Source of the DNA: Marsupella aquatica
Lineage: Eukaryota; Plantae; Marchantiophyta
Length of the DNA stretch: 64,000 nt
Direction: 5' to 3'
NCBI GenBank assembly: GCA_973895155.1
Contig: OZ316894.1
Location: 6,720,234 to 6,784,233 of the forward strand
A program made the position numbers and the translations under genes. The notes under the pieces were generated by a model. The model was not told the origin of the DNA. It saw only the letters and a program-made list of their open reading frames with translations, and made no database searches. Numbering within the stretch: the first letter of the stretch is position 1; every line of letters begins with the position of its first letter. Of the stretch, positions 12,501 to 24,065 are shown piece by piece.

Positions 12501-12843
12501 AAATCACTGTCTCTCTCGACCTGACTTGAAGTTCACCATCAATAACGCTCCATTGATGACCATTTGAATCCAACACACCGAGTGAAATCAGATTCTTACG
12601 CATGCCAGGTACATACCTGACTCCGGACACTATGCGCACAGCGCCATCAAACATTTGAATCTTCACAGACCCAATTCCCTCAATTTGACAGGAGTGATCA
12701 TTTCCCATCAGAACTGAACCGTTTGAAACAGAGTAAGAACTGAAAAACTCACGAATGTAACAAATATGAAAAGAGCAAGCACAATCAAGAATCCACACAT
12801 CATCTGCTCTCCTAGATGACGTGCACAGGGCATACCCCCGGCT
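9571..12843 (-). CDS. pol: Copia pol (protease, integrase, reverse transcriptase, RNase H)
   Basis: WILDCACSFH (PR), WHSRLGH/CEHC and HSDVWGP/LRSDNGGEY/QQNGVAER (INT), YKARLVAKG, QMDVVTAFL, LYGLKQSPR, LYVDDML (RT), TTEAEY and KHIDVRYH (RH). No internal stops; in frame with gag after the TGA. Confidence 0.95.
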   Translation of the reverse strand, partial: SRGYALCTSSRRADDVWILDCACSFHICYIREFFSSYSVSNGSVLMGNDHSCQIEGIGSVKIQMFDGAVRIVSGVRYVPGMRKNLISLGVLDSNGHQWSVIDGELQVRSRETVILKGSRQKNLYVLQGNTVCGEANVTKSHEEMTQLWHSRLGHMSEKGLAILRKNGLISDLQSCKLEFCEHCILGKQHRRAFGVGTHRSKAVLEYIHSDVWGPSPTPSHSGKLYYVSFIDDYSRFVWIYFMTHKSDVLSIFKKWKAQVENQTGNTIKCLDTRVKSLRSDNGGEYTSMEFEEYCSEQGITRHLTTVYTPQQNGVAERLNRTLLERSRSMLSQSGLPQEFWAEAVNTAAYLVNLSPSSAINFKTPFEMRYKRQADYHGLVIFGSDAYALTPKQNRTKLDPTSRKCVFLGYQSGVKAYRLWDPIACKLVVSRDVSFNESKLLKEGENTQVSRTDKGKSPIPDLVEGEIGYVMHDRREGVAPIMELVPMPEEPEEFVDAGEQQVDAVELQIVPAHADQPESSTRRTSGRTVHAPSRYGQWVDSSQLQEDDFTADDEGDALILEEGEPSSFHEASASKEKHKWTAAMQTEMQSLKDNKTWELVKLPKGQQVVDSKWIYKLKDNSIGGGSKVYKARLVAKGFTQEKGVDYNEVFSPVAKYSTIRLLCVLVVMFGLLLDQMDVVTAFLYGTLEEVIFMRQPLGFVKRGQEELVCRLLKSLYGLKQSPRQWNKRFDDWIRSQGFHRSVFDPCVYLKPVKNVVFGFIVLVLYVDDMLIAAKDRSEIVKLKALLSAEFKMKDLGPAKRILGMEITRDLEAGKLWLTQSSYARKVIARFNMENSKPVSTPLAPHFKLSSAFCPTDDTEKGLMSKVPYDKAVGSLMYLMTCTRPDLAMAMGKVSRYMSNPGKVHWEAVKWIIRYLKGTVDHGLLFDANAKNARSLIGYVDSDYGQDLDRRRSTTGYVFTLGGGCISWRSTLQKCIAQSTTEAEYVAVAEAAKEAIWLDRLITEMGLPQGNVKLHCDSQSALHLAVNQVMDSRVKHIDVRYHFIRQAVSDNLFELVKIDGKLNPADAFTKVIPLESFSRHRDVLQVLQLHHK

Positions 12844-13701
12844 TCATAAAACATACTCATCATTGAGTAAATCAGCTTCTCCATCAGCCCTAGCCACATT
12901 TGCCGATGAAGTTTCCGCTGCCTTTCCCTTACAGTCTCGCTTGAAGTGTCCAACTTGGTTGCACTTCCAACATGTCACCTGCCTCCTCTGAGGGGATTTA
13001 CCCTTGGACTTAGATCTGGATTTAGATCTAAACTGGGTTCTACGGTCCCCAGTTGGTCGCTGCATACTCCTCCCACGGTTAACATTGAGGGCAGCACCAG
13101 ATGATGAAGGCTGTGACGTGATGTGCATCTTCTGCTGAAGATCATCACTAAGCAGAGAACTTACCACGTCATTGTATGAAATGGTATCCCTATCACGATG
13201 CAACAACACTCGTGATAGGGACTGGTAAGATGGAGGCAATGAACTAAGAAGCTGTAGAGCCTTCGTCTCATCATTCAAAGTCTCCCCAAGGTTTTCCAAG
13301 TCAACGACCATGTCGTTGAAAGCATCCACATGGTCTTGCAACTTCGTACCAGATTCCTTCATCCTGAAACTCATCAGTTTGTAGGAAGTGTAGAGCCGGT
13401 TCGACAACTCCTTGCGGTGATACTTGCTCTGCAATTCCGCAAACAAGGACATGCAATCCTTATGTGCACCTAACTGCTTGATGATGGGAGGCATGAGATA
13501 GAGTGTAACACACCACACTCCCTGCTCCTGCATGCGGTCCCATTGTTTCTCATCAACATCGTCTTCACGAGGGCTCAGCAGTTGGCCCATCCCTGACGCA
13601 TAAAGCACTCCCTTCACTTGCTTCTCCCATAGCAAGTAGTCAGAGCGCCCATCATACTTTGTCACTTCATACTTGGGTCCCCCAAGCTTGAAAGTCCCCA
13701 T
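12844..13701 (-). CDS. gag: Copia gag
   Basis: KYDGRSDYLLW, LQDHVDAFNDMVVDLENLG, LLSSLPPSY and zinc knuckle CWKCNQVGHFKRDC. First ATG at 13701; the frame is open upstream to a GTG at 13848. Confidence 0.93.
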   Translation of the reverse strand: MGTFKLGGPKYEVTKYDGRSDYLLWEKQVKGVLYASGMGQLLSPREDDVDEKQWDRMQEQGVWCVTLYLMPPIIKQLGAHKDCMSLFAELQSKYHRKELSNRLYTSYKLMSFRMKESGTKLQDHVDAFNDMVVDLENLGETLNDETKALQLLSSLPPSYQSLSRVLLHRDRDTISYNDVVSSLLSDDLQQKMHITSQPSSSGAALNVNRGRSMQRPTGDRRTQFRSKSRSKSKGKSPQRRQVTCWKCNQVGHFKRDCKGKAAETSSANVARADGEADLLNDEYVL

Positions 13702-14258
13702 CTTCTTCTTTACCGTGAGCTCCGGTAGTAGTACTGCTTCCTCCACCACACGCCGCACCGGTGATGGTATCGGTGTCACGTGCTCTTCCTCCTGCTCCTC
13801 TCTCTGCCCCTGAAACCTCCGCGGTGATCCTCGTGCTTCAAGTTCCACGTCTTGTCAACAACGAATGTTGATCAATTGCATTTGGTGCCGTCACCAAGTC
13901 CAACAAGGTAATTGATTTTGCTTAGCCTTCCTCTTTGCATCAAAGAGCCAATCCCGGACTCAAAAACAATCGTCTTGCCTCAATCTCTCCGTTGAGTCAA
14001 AACACTTGACGCTTCTCCCTCCGAGTCGATTGCCAACTTTCTTCACAAAATCCAGAACGACGAAAACTTAGATCTCTCTGCACCACGAGCTCCGTTCAAC
14101 GATTTCTTCACACCGTTAGAAAGCTCTTGCCCTGATCTATCCGTTGAGCCCATAAACTCCAAGTTCCATGCGATGGAACTCTGGAAAATCCACCAACACT
14201 CAACGCTGGAAAAACCGTCATGAAATCCCGTCACGAACACACGTCACCTCCCAAGCAT

Positions 14259-14270
14259 GCTCTGATACCA
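14259..14270 (-). promoter_or_regulatory. Primer binding site, tRNA-iMet
   Basis: TGGTATCAGAGC on the minus strand, 2 nt after the 5' LTR. Confidence 0.95.
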
Positions 14271-14272
14271 AT

Positions 14273-14747
14273 TGTTGAGCATAGACGACGATCGCAACGG
14301 CAAGCCCATGAACCATCCAACGCACAATAGTCGACACAAGAGATACGTGGTTCACCTCCTTGAGGCTACGTCCACGGGAACACACAAGAGAACTTTACTG
14401 AACTCTAAGCCCGTCGGCTATACCGAGTCTCCACAGTGTAAGCTCTCCCTATCTCTCAAGTGGCTCCATAACAATGAGCCTTGGTTCTACCTCTCCAAGC
14501 ACACATGCCTCTTATGATATAGTGTGCAACTTAGTTGTACCTAACCACATAGTTGTACCTAACCACATAGTTGTACCTAATCACGTAGTTGTACCTAACC
14601 ACATAGTTGTACCTAATCACGTAGTTGTACCTAACCACATAGTTGTACCTAATCACATAGTTGTACCTAACCACGTAGTTGTACCAACCCACGTTGTTGT
14701 ACCAACCACGTCATACCTAACCTAGACGTAAGAGTAAATACCCAACA
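14273..14747 (-). repeat. 5' LTR of the copia element
   Basis: 475 bp, TG...CA, adjacent to the PBS. Confidence 0.97.
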
Positions 14748-17700
14748 ACCCCCTCCCATGGTCTGTGGGAACCTGGAACTCAACTAGTGCTATCCTAGTC
14801 TAGTGAAATCTAGCTAGTACTATGGAAGTAGTTAGGTTATACTATAGGCATAACCTAACAAATACCACCACATGCAAAACAGCCCTTAGGTAGTCCCCTT
14901 ACTCAAAGAGATTCAAATTTGACTTTTGTCCAGAACAGTTGACGAGTTGATGACCCTGTTCAGTAAGAAGTCAAGATGCGAAGTCAGGTTTTGGAAAATG
15001 CTCAAAATACTTGCAACCTGACAATGAAATGATCAGGGGGTCAACTGATAACCCCGCTGAAAACCGGGTGCTACCAGTTGTCTGGACTTTACACATTGTT
15101 TGTTGAAACCCAAATGTAAGCAGTACTATGTTGGCAATTTCAGGTGTTTTGGTACAGTCCATGGGGCATCATGAACAACTATTGAGTCCATTTATCCAGG
15201 CATTGCTAATTTTAATTAAGAAAATGGAAATCTGGGGCAAAAATAAATTACCAAGGCTGCCTTGCTAGCTGGGAACCAAGCACCCACACCACAGCTCTAA
15301 CCTCTAAGAAAGAATTGATAAATGTAGGGTCTCTGACAAGCACACTTGAGAGGGGGGGGGGGGGGGGGGGGAAGTACCTAAAATAACCCATGTTTCTAAT
15401 TATAATTTTATGGTAAGAGTATACATAAGTTTGAGGCACATCCGAAACTCCCACATTTTGAAAACTAGAAATAATGTACTTAGAAACACTCTCCAGAGAA
15501 AAAAACTATTTCAAAGCTGGTAGGATGGAAAAAAAGTAGTGCACAAAATATCAGCTGGAGTAGCACCTTTGACAATTTTGGCTAAATGTGACCTGGAAGT
15601 GGTCTCCTGACAGCCCATTTCAGGAGGTTTACCTGGTGGTAAGTTGCTGCTCATTTCCAAACTACTCAGGGCGACCTCACAAAATGAAACATTTGTTGAC
15701 AATTTATTTATACCATTTGACCATTTTTGTTCTCATAGAAAATGGAGAGTACAGAACGATCCAAAAGGTATCCAAATAATGCACAAGCCTGCCCAAAACC
15801 CAAAAATTTACAGTTGATCAAAGAGTCTGGAAATTAAAACCACTTGGGCCGGCGGGTTGCACAAATTAAAATGTTCTCCCAAAAGAAGCTGGTTGCTTTT
15901 TCTTTCTGGTGTAAATTGGTAAATGACTTTACGTAGTCCATGGATGGGTAGGCAGACCATCTTGGTCCATCTAGGCTTTCTTCTTGGTAGAATGAATATA
16001 ATTAGGCAGTTAATACATTGATCAGAATCATTAAATAAACTGTTGATCAGTTGCTTATTAATTAACTAGATAATGCAAAGATTCATTCTACTAGGTTGGA
16101 TGAAACTAGGGCAAAAGTGCAGATATGTCCCTGGGCTCGTCCCTAAGAATAAGGTTGAACAGTTTTCAAGCTCAAGCTGAGGCATCTAGACTATGACTAT
16201 AATAAGGAGAACAAGGTCAATTCACTGAAGAGGCCAGTATATTGGGACTGAGGTTATGATATGCAAAGTACGGGTAGCTAGAATTAATCAAATTAAATAA
16301 TGGGAGTGACTAACATAAAGTCAACCTCTGCCATTTGGCCAATTTCACAGTTGAGATCTGATCGGGGATCTGAGGGGACCCAAAAGTTAATTTCAATGAG
16401 ATGGGCCAAATAAATGAAGAAGCCCTGATTTGAGCAAAGATTTCGCAGAAGTATGATATGGAAGAACCAAAATTTACTCCAAATTTACACAAAAAGCAAC
16501 AAATAAAGTACAAAGAACGGACAGCAAAACAGGTCCAATTGAAAGAGACAACCACCAAACACAAAAAATAGGCAAAATAATGCAACCCTGAAAACGAGGA
16601 AGAGGAAGAATAAATTAAAAAAGGGAAGAAGTGCTACCACTTCTCGCTTTTCTAAAGTGATAGGAGGAAATCCCTTCAGGCCAACACTTTTTCCAGAGTT
16701 TTGCCAACTTTTCACTCCAGGTTTGTGCAATCCACGGTGCAATCTATACAAAGGAATATTTGAAGGATTTGGGGATACTTGGGTGAGAGGCCAAATTGCC
16801 AGATCTCTTTAATCCAAAAGTTTGGGAGTTAATATAAATCTGTGAAAAAATGAATACCCAACTGTAACGCCTAGGGCAGCTCCTTCTCAGATTGTTGGTA
16901 TGAATCCTGGCGGTAGACAATGCTAGAAATGTGCTCTTGGGTCTACAGTTACTATGTAACTATAATTAGTCTAACTATAATCAAGTACATAAGGTTAGAT
17001 GTGTCATTACTAATCATGCTTGATGTGGGCCATCAATCTTAGTTGTAGAATTTTAGGACCAGACTGACTAGACTAGGCAGGGCATGAGCGGAACATGAAA
17101 GTACACTCACTTTCACACTAAGTAAACCACAACCACACCACAATGGAGAAACTCTTAAAATATCTATAACATGAGAGAATACATGTGAATAATGAGAAAA
17201 TGAAAACCCTTCCTGGCCTCTAGAGTAGCCTGTACCTGCCAAGGGTGGCTAAAATGTGTGGCCCCAAACAAGTGTATCTTCTCCCAAACTAATCAAGGGT
17301 TAAGTTAGCCTAACAAGGCCAAACAAAATACAGTTAAGAGCTAGAGTCAATCCTAGTAGAAACTCATTTGAGCAGCCTTTGGTGAAATCCATGTCTTTCC
17401 CAGGTAGAGAAATGGTATAGATGGGAGGACCATACTTAAGGCTGTTAGTAGTTTGTGCAAGCATGTGTGCCCATGCAAGATGTCATTGCAAGGTACTCAA
17501 GCTCAAAGATCCACATGATGATTGTAGCAATATTTCTTAATACATGCTCATGGATTGAGTTTCTCATTGGTTGATGAAATATATGGGTTGCCTTACTTAG
17601 AAGGTTGGGCTTCAGAGAATGAAGGAAGGGTGGTTGCATAGATTTACTCCTAATTGCTTATATAAGGGACAGACTTCCCCCACCTTTCCATCTTAATTCT

Positions 17701-18455
17701 CTCTCAGATCAATGATTTGCTTTGTTAATGTTGTTCTGATGCCTTGATTATTTTCAATCTTATATTTTTACAAACTGTCAATGAAGAAATGGTATTGCAT
17801 TGTTGTTCATCAACGTAACAAAAGATAGCCTGTTTTTACCCGTAAGCCTTGCCTGATATTAATAAGATCATCCCCACACATTGCGAGGAATGCCTGTGCC
17901 AGCAATGGCTTTGGTGAGAGGTGCTTGGCTAATGCTCTTCTTAGGTCCCTACTAGGCTTCTAATCCTCTCCTCCAAATCTGTCCAGCATTGTTTTCCAAG
18001 CTAGATTTAAAAAACGGATCACCAGGAGGTCTAGCTTGGAGCTTAATGGAGATCTTATAGTAGAGTCAACGCCAGGAAATACATCAAAGAGCACTTCTGC
18101 AAAACAGTTGTCAAGGAAAGTTCAGAAAGGAGGTGAAGATGGTTACTTCATTTGTAAGTTTTACATGAACTAGTTAACTGGCACTTACTTTGTATTATCA
18201 ATATCATTATTAAACACTGATATATCAGGCTACTAGAATTTAATATGTAATGAAATTATATCTTATGAATTATTTTATTCTGTTAAAAATAGAAATGTAA
18301 CTAAATGGGTTACATGTGAAAATTTTACCCATCTCGCCTTTTCATTTTTGATTTTGTTTTTACAGTAATGGCGTCCCAAAATTTACTTCAAAATTGTTGC
18401 AAACATGGATGGGGCTATTATTTTGATTCACAAAAATAGGCCTGGTAATCATGTT

Positions 18456-18800
18456 TGTTGTGGGTGACGATGATATGGCACATTTGTTGAACTATGACGT
18501 CTTTGTTCATGACGATCCATCATTACTCATTCCATGCACAATCTCTACGTGGTTCACCTCTTCTCTAAGGCTACGTCCATACGAACACTCAAGCTTTATT
18601 TCAAGAGTAGACAAACACACATGTTCTCCCTCTTCCTCAAGTTGCTCCATTACAATGAGGAAGCATCACACCAACGGCTTACACTAGCTCTGGTATATGC
18701 AAGGTCACACGCGACTAACCTAACCTCAGCTAAGACCCTAACTGTGGTTAGCCTAAGTGTCGTAACCTTTGAGTCACAAGACTAAGAGCAATCCTTAACA
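18456..18800 (-). mobile_element. Solo LTR distantly related to the copia LTR
   Basis: TGTTG...CTTAACA termini; shares tacgtggttcacctc..ggctacgtcca and gactaagag motifs. Flanks are ATGTT/ACATT. Confidence 0.8.
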
Positions 18801-19095
18801 ACATTGTGGTGCAAGGGAACTTGCAAGGGCTCCTCATGGAGGTCCAAAAAACAATTCAAAGTTGTTATTGTGCTGTTTTTGTTTGCTCATTTAAAATACA
18901 ATCCGAAAACTGAAAAGATGTTTGGATCATTTAAAATTTTTTACATTCTAAACTTCTTTCTTTTACAAGAATTCTAAAAATAACCAAAAAACCCAGATGG
19001 ACCGAGACATTATCCCTGCTCATCCCCATGGACTGCGTGAAGCGATCGTTACTTTTTACACCACAAGGAAAAAAGAACTAATTGCAGTTGACTAC

Positions 19096-19426
19096 TTTGA
19101 CATCCTTGTGGAGAAAGTAGTCAAGATGACATGGTGATTTTGAGTAATGACAAGATGTCTTGACATCTTAATGATCAAGGTAGTCAAGTTACCAAGGAAT
19201 TGAAATTGGTTTGGTAATATAATTTAAACCTGCTGCAAGTGATAAGGAGACCATTTTACAGTTTGACATCCTTGCGGAGAAAGTAGTCAAGATGACATGG
19301 TGATTTTGAGTAATGACATGATGTCTTGACATCTTAACGATCAAGGTAGTCAAGTTACCAAGGAATTGAAATTGGTTGGTAATATAATTTAAACCTGCTG
19401 CAAGTGGTAAGGAGACCATTTTACAG
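19096..19426. repeat. Near-identical tandem duplication, 166-bp period
   Basis: tttgacatccttg(t/c)ggagaaagtagtcaag...accattttacag occurs at 19096 and 19262. Confidence 0.9.
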
Positions 19427-22400
19427 GACACAGTTCACTCAAAGTGTAAATAGTGTTATCTGATTTACTTTAAATGTTCTGAACAAGTCCATCTAAGCAT
19501 AGCTTTGCGAGTCCATCTGAGTCTCAGACATAGAGAAAGTGGAAGTCCATAACAGGGCTTCAGTTTCTGCTAAAACATTTAGTTCCAAGTTCCCAAAACT
19601 TCTATGATTATCTATTTTTCGCCGGGGATGGCACTGTGGGCCCGCGAGTCCCATCAGACCCGGGGGAAGGGTCCTCGAGGCCCCAAGTGCGCCGACCCAG
19701 GTTTGAACCGTGGTCGAATCCATCTAATAACTGACTGGCACGTGCACGCGAGTCGTCACGACGATGTGAACGATGGATCTGCACCCATCGAAGGAAACTG
19801 CTAGTGTTAGCTTATTATACTCCGTCGCTCTCTCGTTGCGCTGTGTCATCGTTGACGCCCTTTTGAAGATGCGTGCGTTTTGGTCATCGTTGACACCTTT
19901 TGAAGAAATTTGGAGATGCCGTGGAGAAATTTGAGAGCGTAATAATCCGACACCACACGGCACTGCAGGGGGCTGTTTTGCAGTCATTATTATGGACAGC
20001 GGGTGAGCGAGCGACGGTCGCTTTTAGCTGCGCAGCAGCAGGAGTTATTCTCTGCGCGCGAATTTGATCGAGGGCATAATTGGCATAACATACTAATGCT
20101 TTTCAAGATGTGGTGGAGAGGTTGGGAGCCGAACGGCAGGCGTTAAAGCGTTTACGATATTGCAATTACAGCTCCTGAATTTGCGTTCGCGAGTTGACAA
20201 AGGCGCGGGAAGGAAGCTGTGATGGGCCGAGTCAGGCGCGTCCGAAGGAGGGCGACGACATCCTTTCCAAGATGCTATGGAGTACGGTGCCGGCCGTTGA
20301 TCAACGTGCAGGAGGAGGAGAGTTTCGATTCGCCGCTGGTGATGATGTGCACGTAGGTAGGCGGAACAAAGGACTGGCTTCCAGGCAGCATATGTTTCGA
20401 CGAGGCCTTTGAATGATCCTCGTAGAGCTGATCAACGTGTATAACTGTTAGTCGTTGCTTTGATGAAAAGCTGCCTGTCAAACGACATGATAGTGAGTGT
20501 AGAAGTGCTGCGCTGTACATCTTAGATTCGAGGTAGATGAGACTGATTTCGAGTCCGACTAGCTTACAACGAGTGGCCCATTTCCATGTGAAGCTAGTGT
20601 TTCGCTTTCTGCCGTGCGCGCTCGCTCGATGTACGCCTCAAACGCTGCAGTCCTTGGATTCATGGATTCAATCGTTGTGCATTCTTTCTAGCTCTTCATA
20701 TGATGCACGGCCGCGAGTAGGTATTGTGTTGCTTTTCAATGACCTCGAATGTTGGTTCACGACCGCAGATGCAAATTTTTCAAACAGTCGGCAGCGTCGG
20801 GCTTCGTTGGTGAATGTTGGCGGCATCGTTGGTGCGAGGCTCATTACTACCGGAGGATCAGGTTAGTCTGCTTCCAAGCAGTTCGCTTGTCGTATGATGA
20901 TTTCCACCAACGTCCCATACACGGCGGGTGTTGCATTATTGCAAATCTTTTGAATTTCAGCTGAAGATTCCCTGAGATAGCAACATTGGGAGGTCTAGAT
21001 CGCCTAGTCCTTCTGAAAAAGTTGCTTCGAATTTGTCGCGATCTAGACTTTGCGCAGTTTCATTTTTGGGGCACCACAAGAACTCCAAAGGTAGAGTGTG
21101 CTTGGCATTGTCCTGACCAATCTCTACTGTTGTCAATTGTCTGCATTGTTCAGGTTTCATTCTGGCTTCTTTGAAGTGCTCCGCTGTAGACATCGAAGTG
21201 TGCAAATTAGGAAGCTCCTACGGTGCATCGTCTGCGATATCAGATGCGATGTACAGATGTTCAGCTGGATCGAATGCAGTCCAATCCTACCGATTATTGC
21301 AAGTTGTGTTGCAGCGGTATTGATGGTGATACTAGCTCCGGGATAAACTTTAGTCGCTCTGGCGCCTTGACAGTCACCTCTCAACATGCAATTGGCTCAT
21401 AGCATGCACTTGACGACTGCGCCTGGGGAACGAGATGTTCTGAATAACACATCCGCACAATCTCTCAACTTACCGAACGGGTCAACATGCATCTCAAGAA
21501 CGGGGTCGACGAATGTCTCTGCCATCGATATTCTCGACGTGCCTCTAATACCATATCCTGTCAGTATGAAGAAATCCAAGCGAGATTCCGGCTCTAGGTT
21601 TCGAAAGGAGACTTACGTGCACTCGATCCCGTTTATCGTTCTCTTCTGTTACTTCTGCCTATGGATTGCTTCATCAGGTACGTCAGTGCTAACTCCTCGC
21701 AGTTAAAATAAACGATATTAAGAGTTCATGAGCTGGGTAGACAGAACCCATCGATCATACAATGTTTGTCCAATCTAACGAGAAGCAGGATTGGATTAAG
21801 AGTTGAGACATTGTATGTAAGCGATCAAGGAGACATTGTAAGAAATCAGCCAGAATTGGTAAATTCGCAATTCTGCAATCCACAATAGTTTTGAGTTTGA
21901 TGCTCGTACGAGGGCCCGGCGTCTAAGATCGCGTGCAGGTGTAAGTACATCTTGACCAGTCGCACAACCATATTCTTGGATGTGCTTGCAATTGTAAGTC
22001 TTCTCGTGTGAACTTCATTGTTCTGTCGGCCTCCCGGCCAACCTCTTTGACCGGTCCTCGGATCGTCTGAGTTTGAATGAACAATAAATTGGAACCGGTG
22101 ATGTTGGTCTATGTGGGCACCGGTTGCTTAATTTGACCATCTTGCAAGCAGGATATTGGAAAGATTTATCTATTTTACTAGTGCAGTGTGCTTTATCATT
22201 GAGGCGGGGGGGGGGGGGGGAGGTATGATTCGTTAACATTCGTGGGGCGTTCTTACTGGTCTACTGTGCCTATCAATGATACCAAGAGGAAATCGTGAAC
22301 GACGCCACTCAAGCAAGTTATATTTACTGCATCAGTTTAGAAATGTTTTGGTTTAAAATTGGTATTGAGCACAGACTATCCAGTACAGGCTTTGGACATT

Positions 22401-23552
22401 GTAGTTCTCGAATGAGACCAATAATGTACACGATATTTTCATCACTAAGAGGTTTTCAGTGCTTTGCCCTAAAAGTGATCCCTGTATGATGTCCTGTCTG
22501 CAGATGTTCCTACAGCTAACAGCATTTAAACTTTACTGGACGAAGCTTTCGTGGGACTAGTGTAACGAACACAGGGCAATACCCTAGATTTCAAGTAAAA
22601 CGCATAGGGGTGAGAGGAATGGCACAAGCAGAAAGGATATACCGGGCTCATGCCGATTCGCTAGAGACCTTCGAATTATCGCCTTGAATCTCCCATTGCG
22701 CAAATGCTGGACGAGGTCAACATAGAAAAAACGGCGTAGCTTCATGGTAGCCGCTATTGCAGTAAACGACTCGATGGATTTTACCTAGCTAAAGTATTGT
22801 GTTTAAAAGTGGAAATGATTACAGCTTCCACACTGCATCCCGTTCAAACGACTTACTGTGTCGAATGGAACATTACGAAAAATTACTTGTGGTACAGGTA
22901 ACGGTATTCGAGGTCATGACTTTTGTAAATTGCACAATTGTAGACATCGAACTGCTCGAAACTTGTCTATGGCTGAGTAGGGTTTCAGCGATCAATATTA
23001 TTGCTCTTGAATTTTGAGCTAGTCAGGCTTCGCCACATGAGTCCCAGAGGCAAAGAGACTACAGGAAACAATTTGTGGGACGATAGAGTGTTTCCCGTTG
23101 CATAGTAGGTCTTCAACTTGGATCAGGAATGTTCGCATATTGTTGTCGGGGTTCCCATGGCAGTGAGAACAAGAGCAAAGGGCGCTCATCCTTATCTCAA
23201 ACTATATCCCAGAGAGGAGTGTGGAACAAAGTTAAGTTGTGGTTTCAATATTCCTGATGCATCTATCCTCTCGGGTGGAGAGAGATGGTACGTTTCCAAA
23301 AGCAAACATGTGAGAACATCTCAATGGAATGAATTGACTCCTGTTGCTGATTCCCAGGGGTAGGGATGGAAAGTACAACACGCCCAGAGCCTTCTGTCTT
23401 CGTTTTCTCCCACACTCCCTACCCCACTTTTGTTTTCTTTTCACTCTCATTGCTTTGATAAAGTCACTCACAAAGTTATGCAAAATTCAATTTTCTCCAA
23501 ATTTGTGTAGTGATTAGCTCCCAAGCCACATGGATCACGAAGTTATAGCTAA

Positions 23553-24065
23553 GAGCATCCAACTGGGTTTTGCTTACTGGGTACATTAAGTACCCAGTCT
23601 GACAGTGTCCTATATTTAGTTCACTATACATATCTTTAGGGGCCAACTGTAATGCAGCCCCAACCCTACAGGGCTTTAGGCATCAAGATCTATATTCCCT
23701 AAACAGCAGGTGTCATCAACCAGTCTGACAGTGTCCTATATTTAGTTCACTATACATATCTTTAGGGGCCAACTGTAATGCAGCCCCAACCCCAAAGGGG
23801 TTTAGGTATCAAGATACATATTCCCTAAACAGCAGGTATCATCAAGATCTGACAGCCATAGATTGAGATCTTGAAAACCCAACAACTAACGAGTCAGGAG
23901 TAAACTAGTGTCCCATATACAGATCCAGCAACCAAACAACCCAGTTCGTGAAATCCAGATAGCTTACTATGAGTGGGTTGGACCTGACCTTTTAGATTTT
24001 CTTTATTGAGTTTGGTTAACACCCAAATTATTACTGGTTCAAAACCAGTTGGGTTGGAGATGCTC
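23553..24065. mobile_element. Tourist (PIF/Harbinger)-type MITE with an internal 126-bp tandem duplication
   Basis: TAA|GAGCATC.CAAC ... GTTGGAGATGCTC|TAA. Duplicated units start at 23594 and 23720. Confidence 0.85.

Larger units (their letters stand above)
8905..14747 (-). mobile_element. Full-length Ty1/copia LTR retrotransposon (5843 bp, Tnt1/Tork-like)
   Basis: Two 475-bp TG...CA LTRs, TSD ACCCC (8900-8904, 14748-14752), tRNAiMet PBS, PPT, domain order gag-PR-INT-RT-RH. Confidence 0.98.

Noticed and set aside
15352-15371. Poly-G tracts (also near 22206, 45908, 55025)
   Set aside because: Simple homopolymers with unreliable length and no supporting context.
16863-17820. Possible gypsy solo LTR (TGTAACG...CGTAACA, TATA near 17659)
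   Set aside because: No matching TSD, PBS or second copy; boundaries unsupported.
19690-19760. tRNA/SINE suggested by GGTTCAAACC (B-box) on the minus strand
   Set aside because: No convincing A-box, D-arm or acceptor stem.
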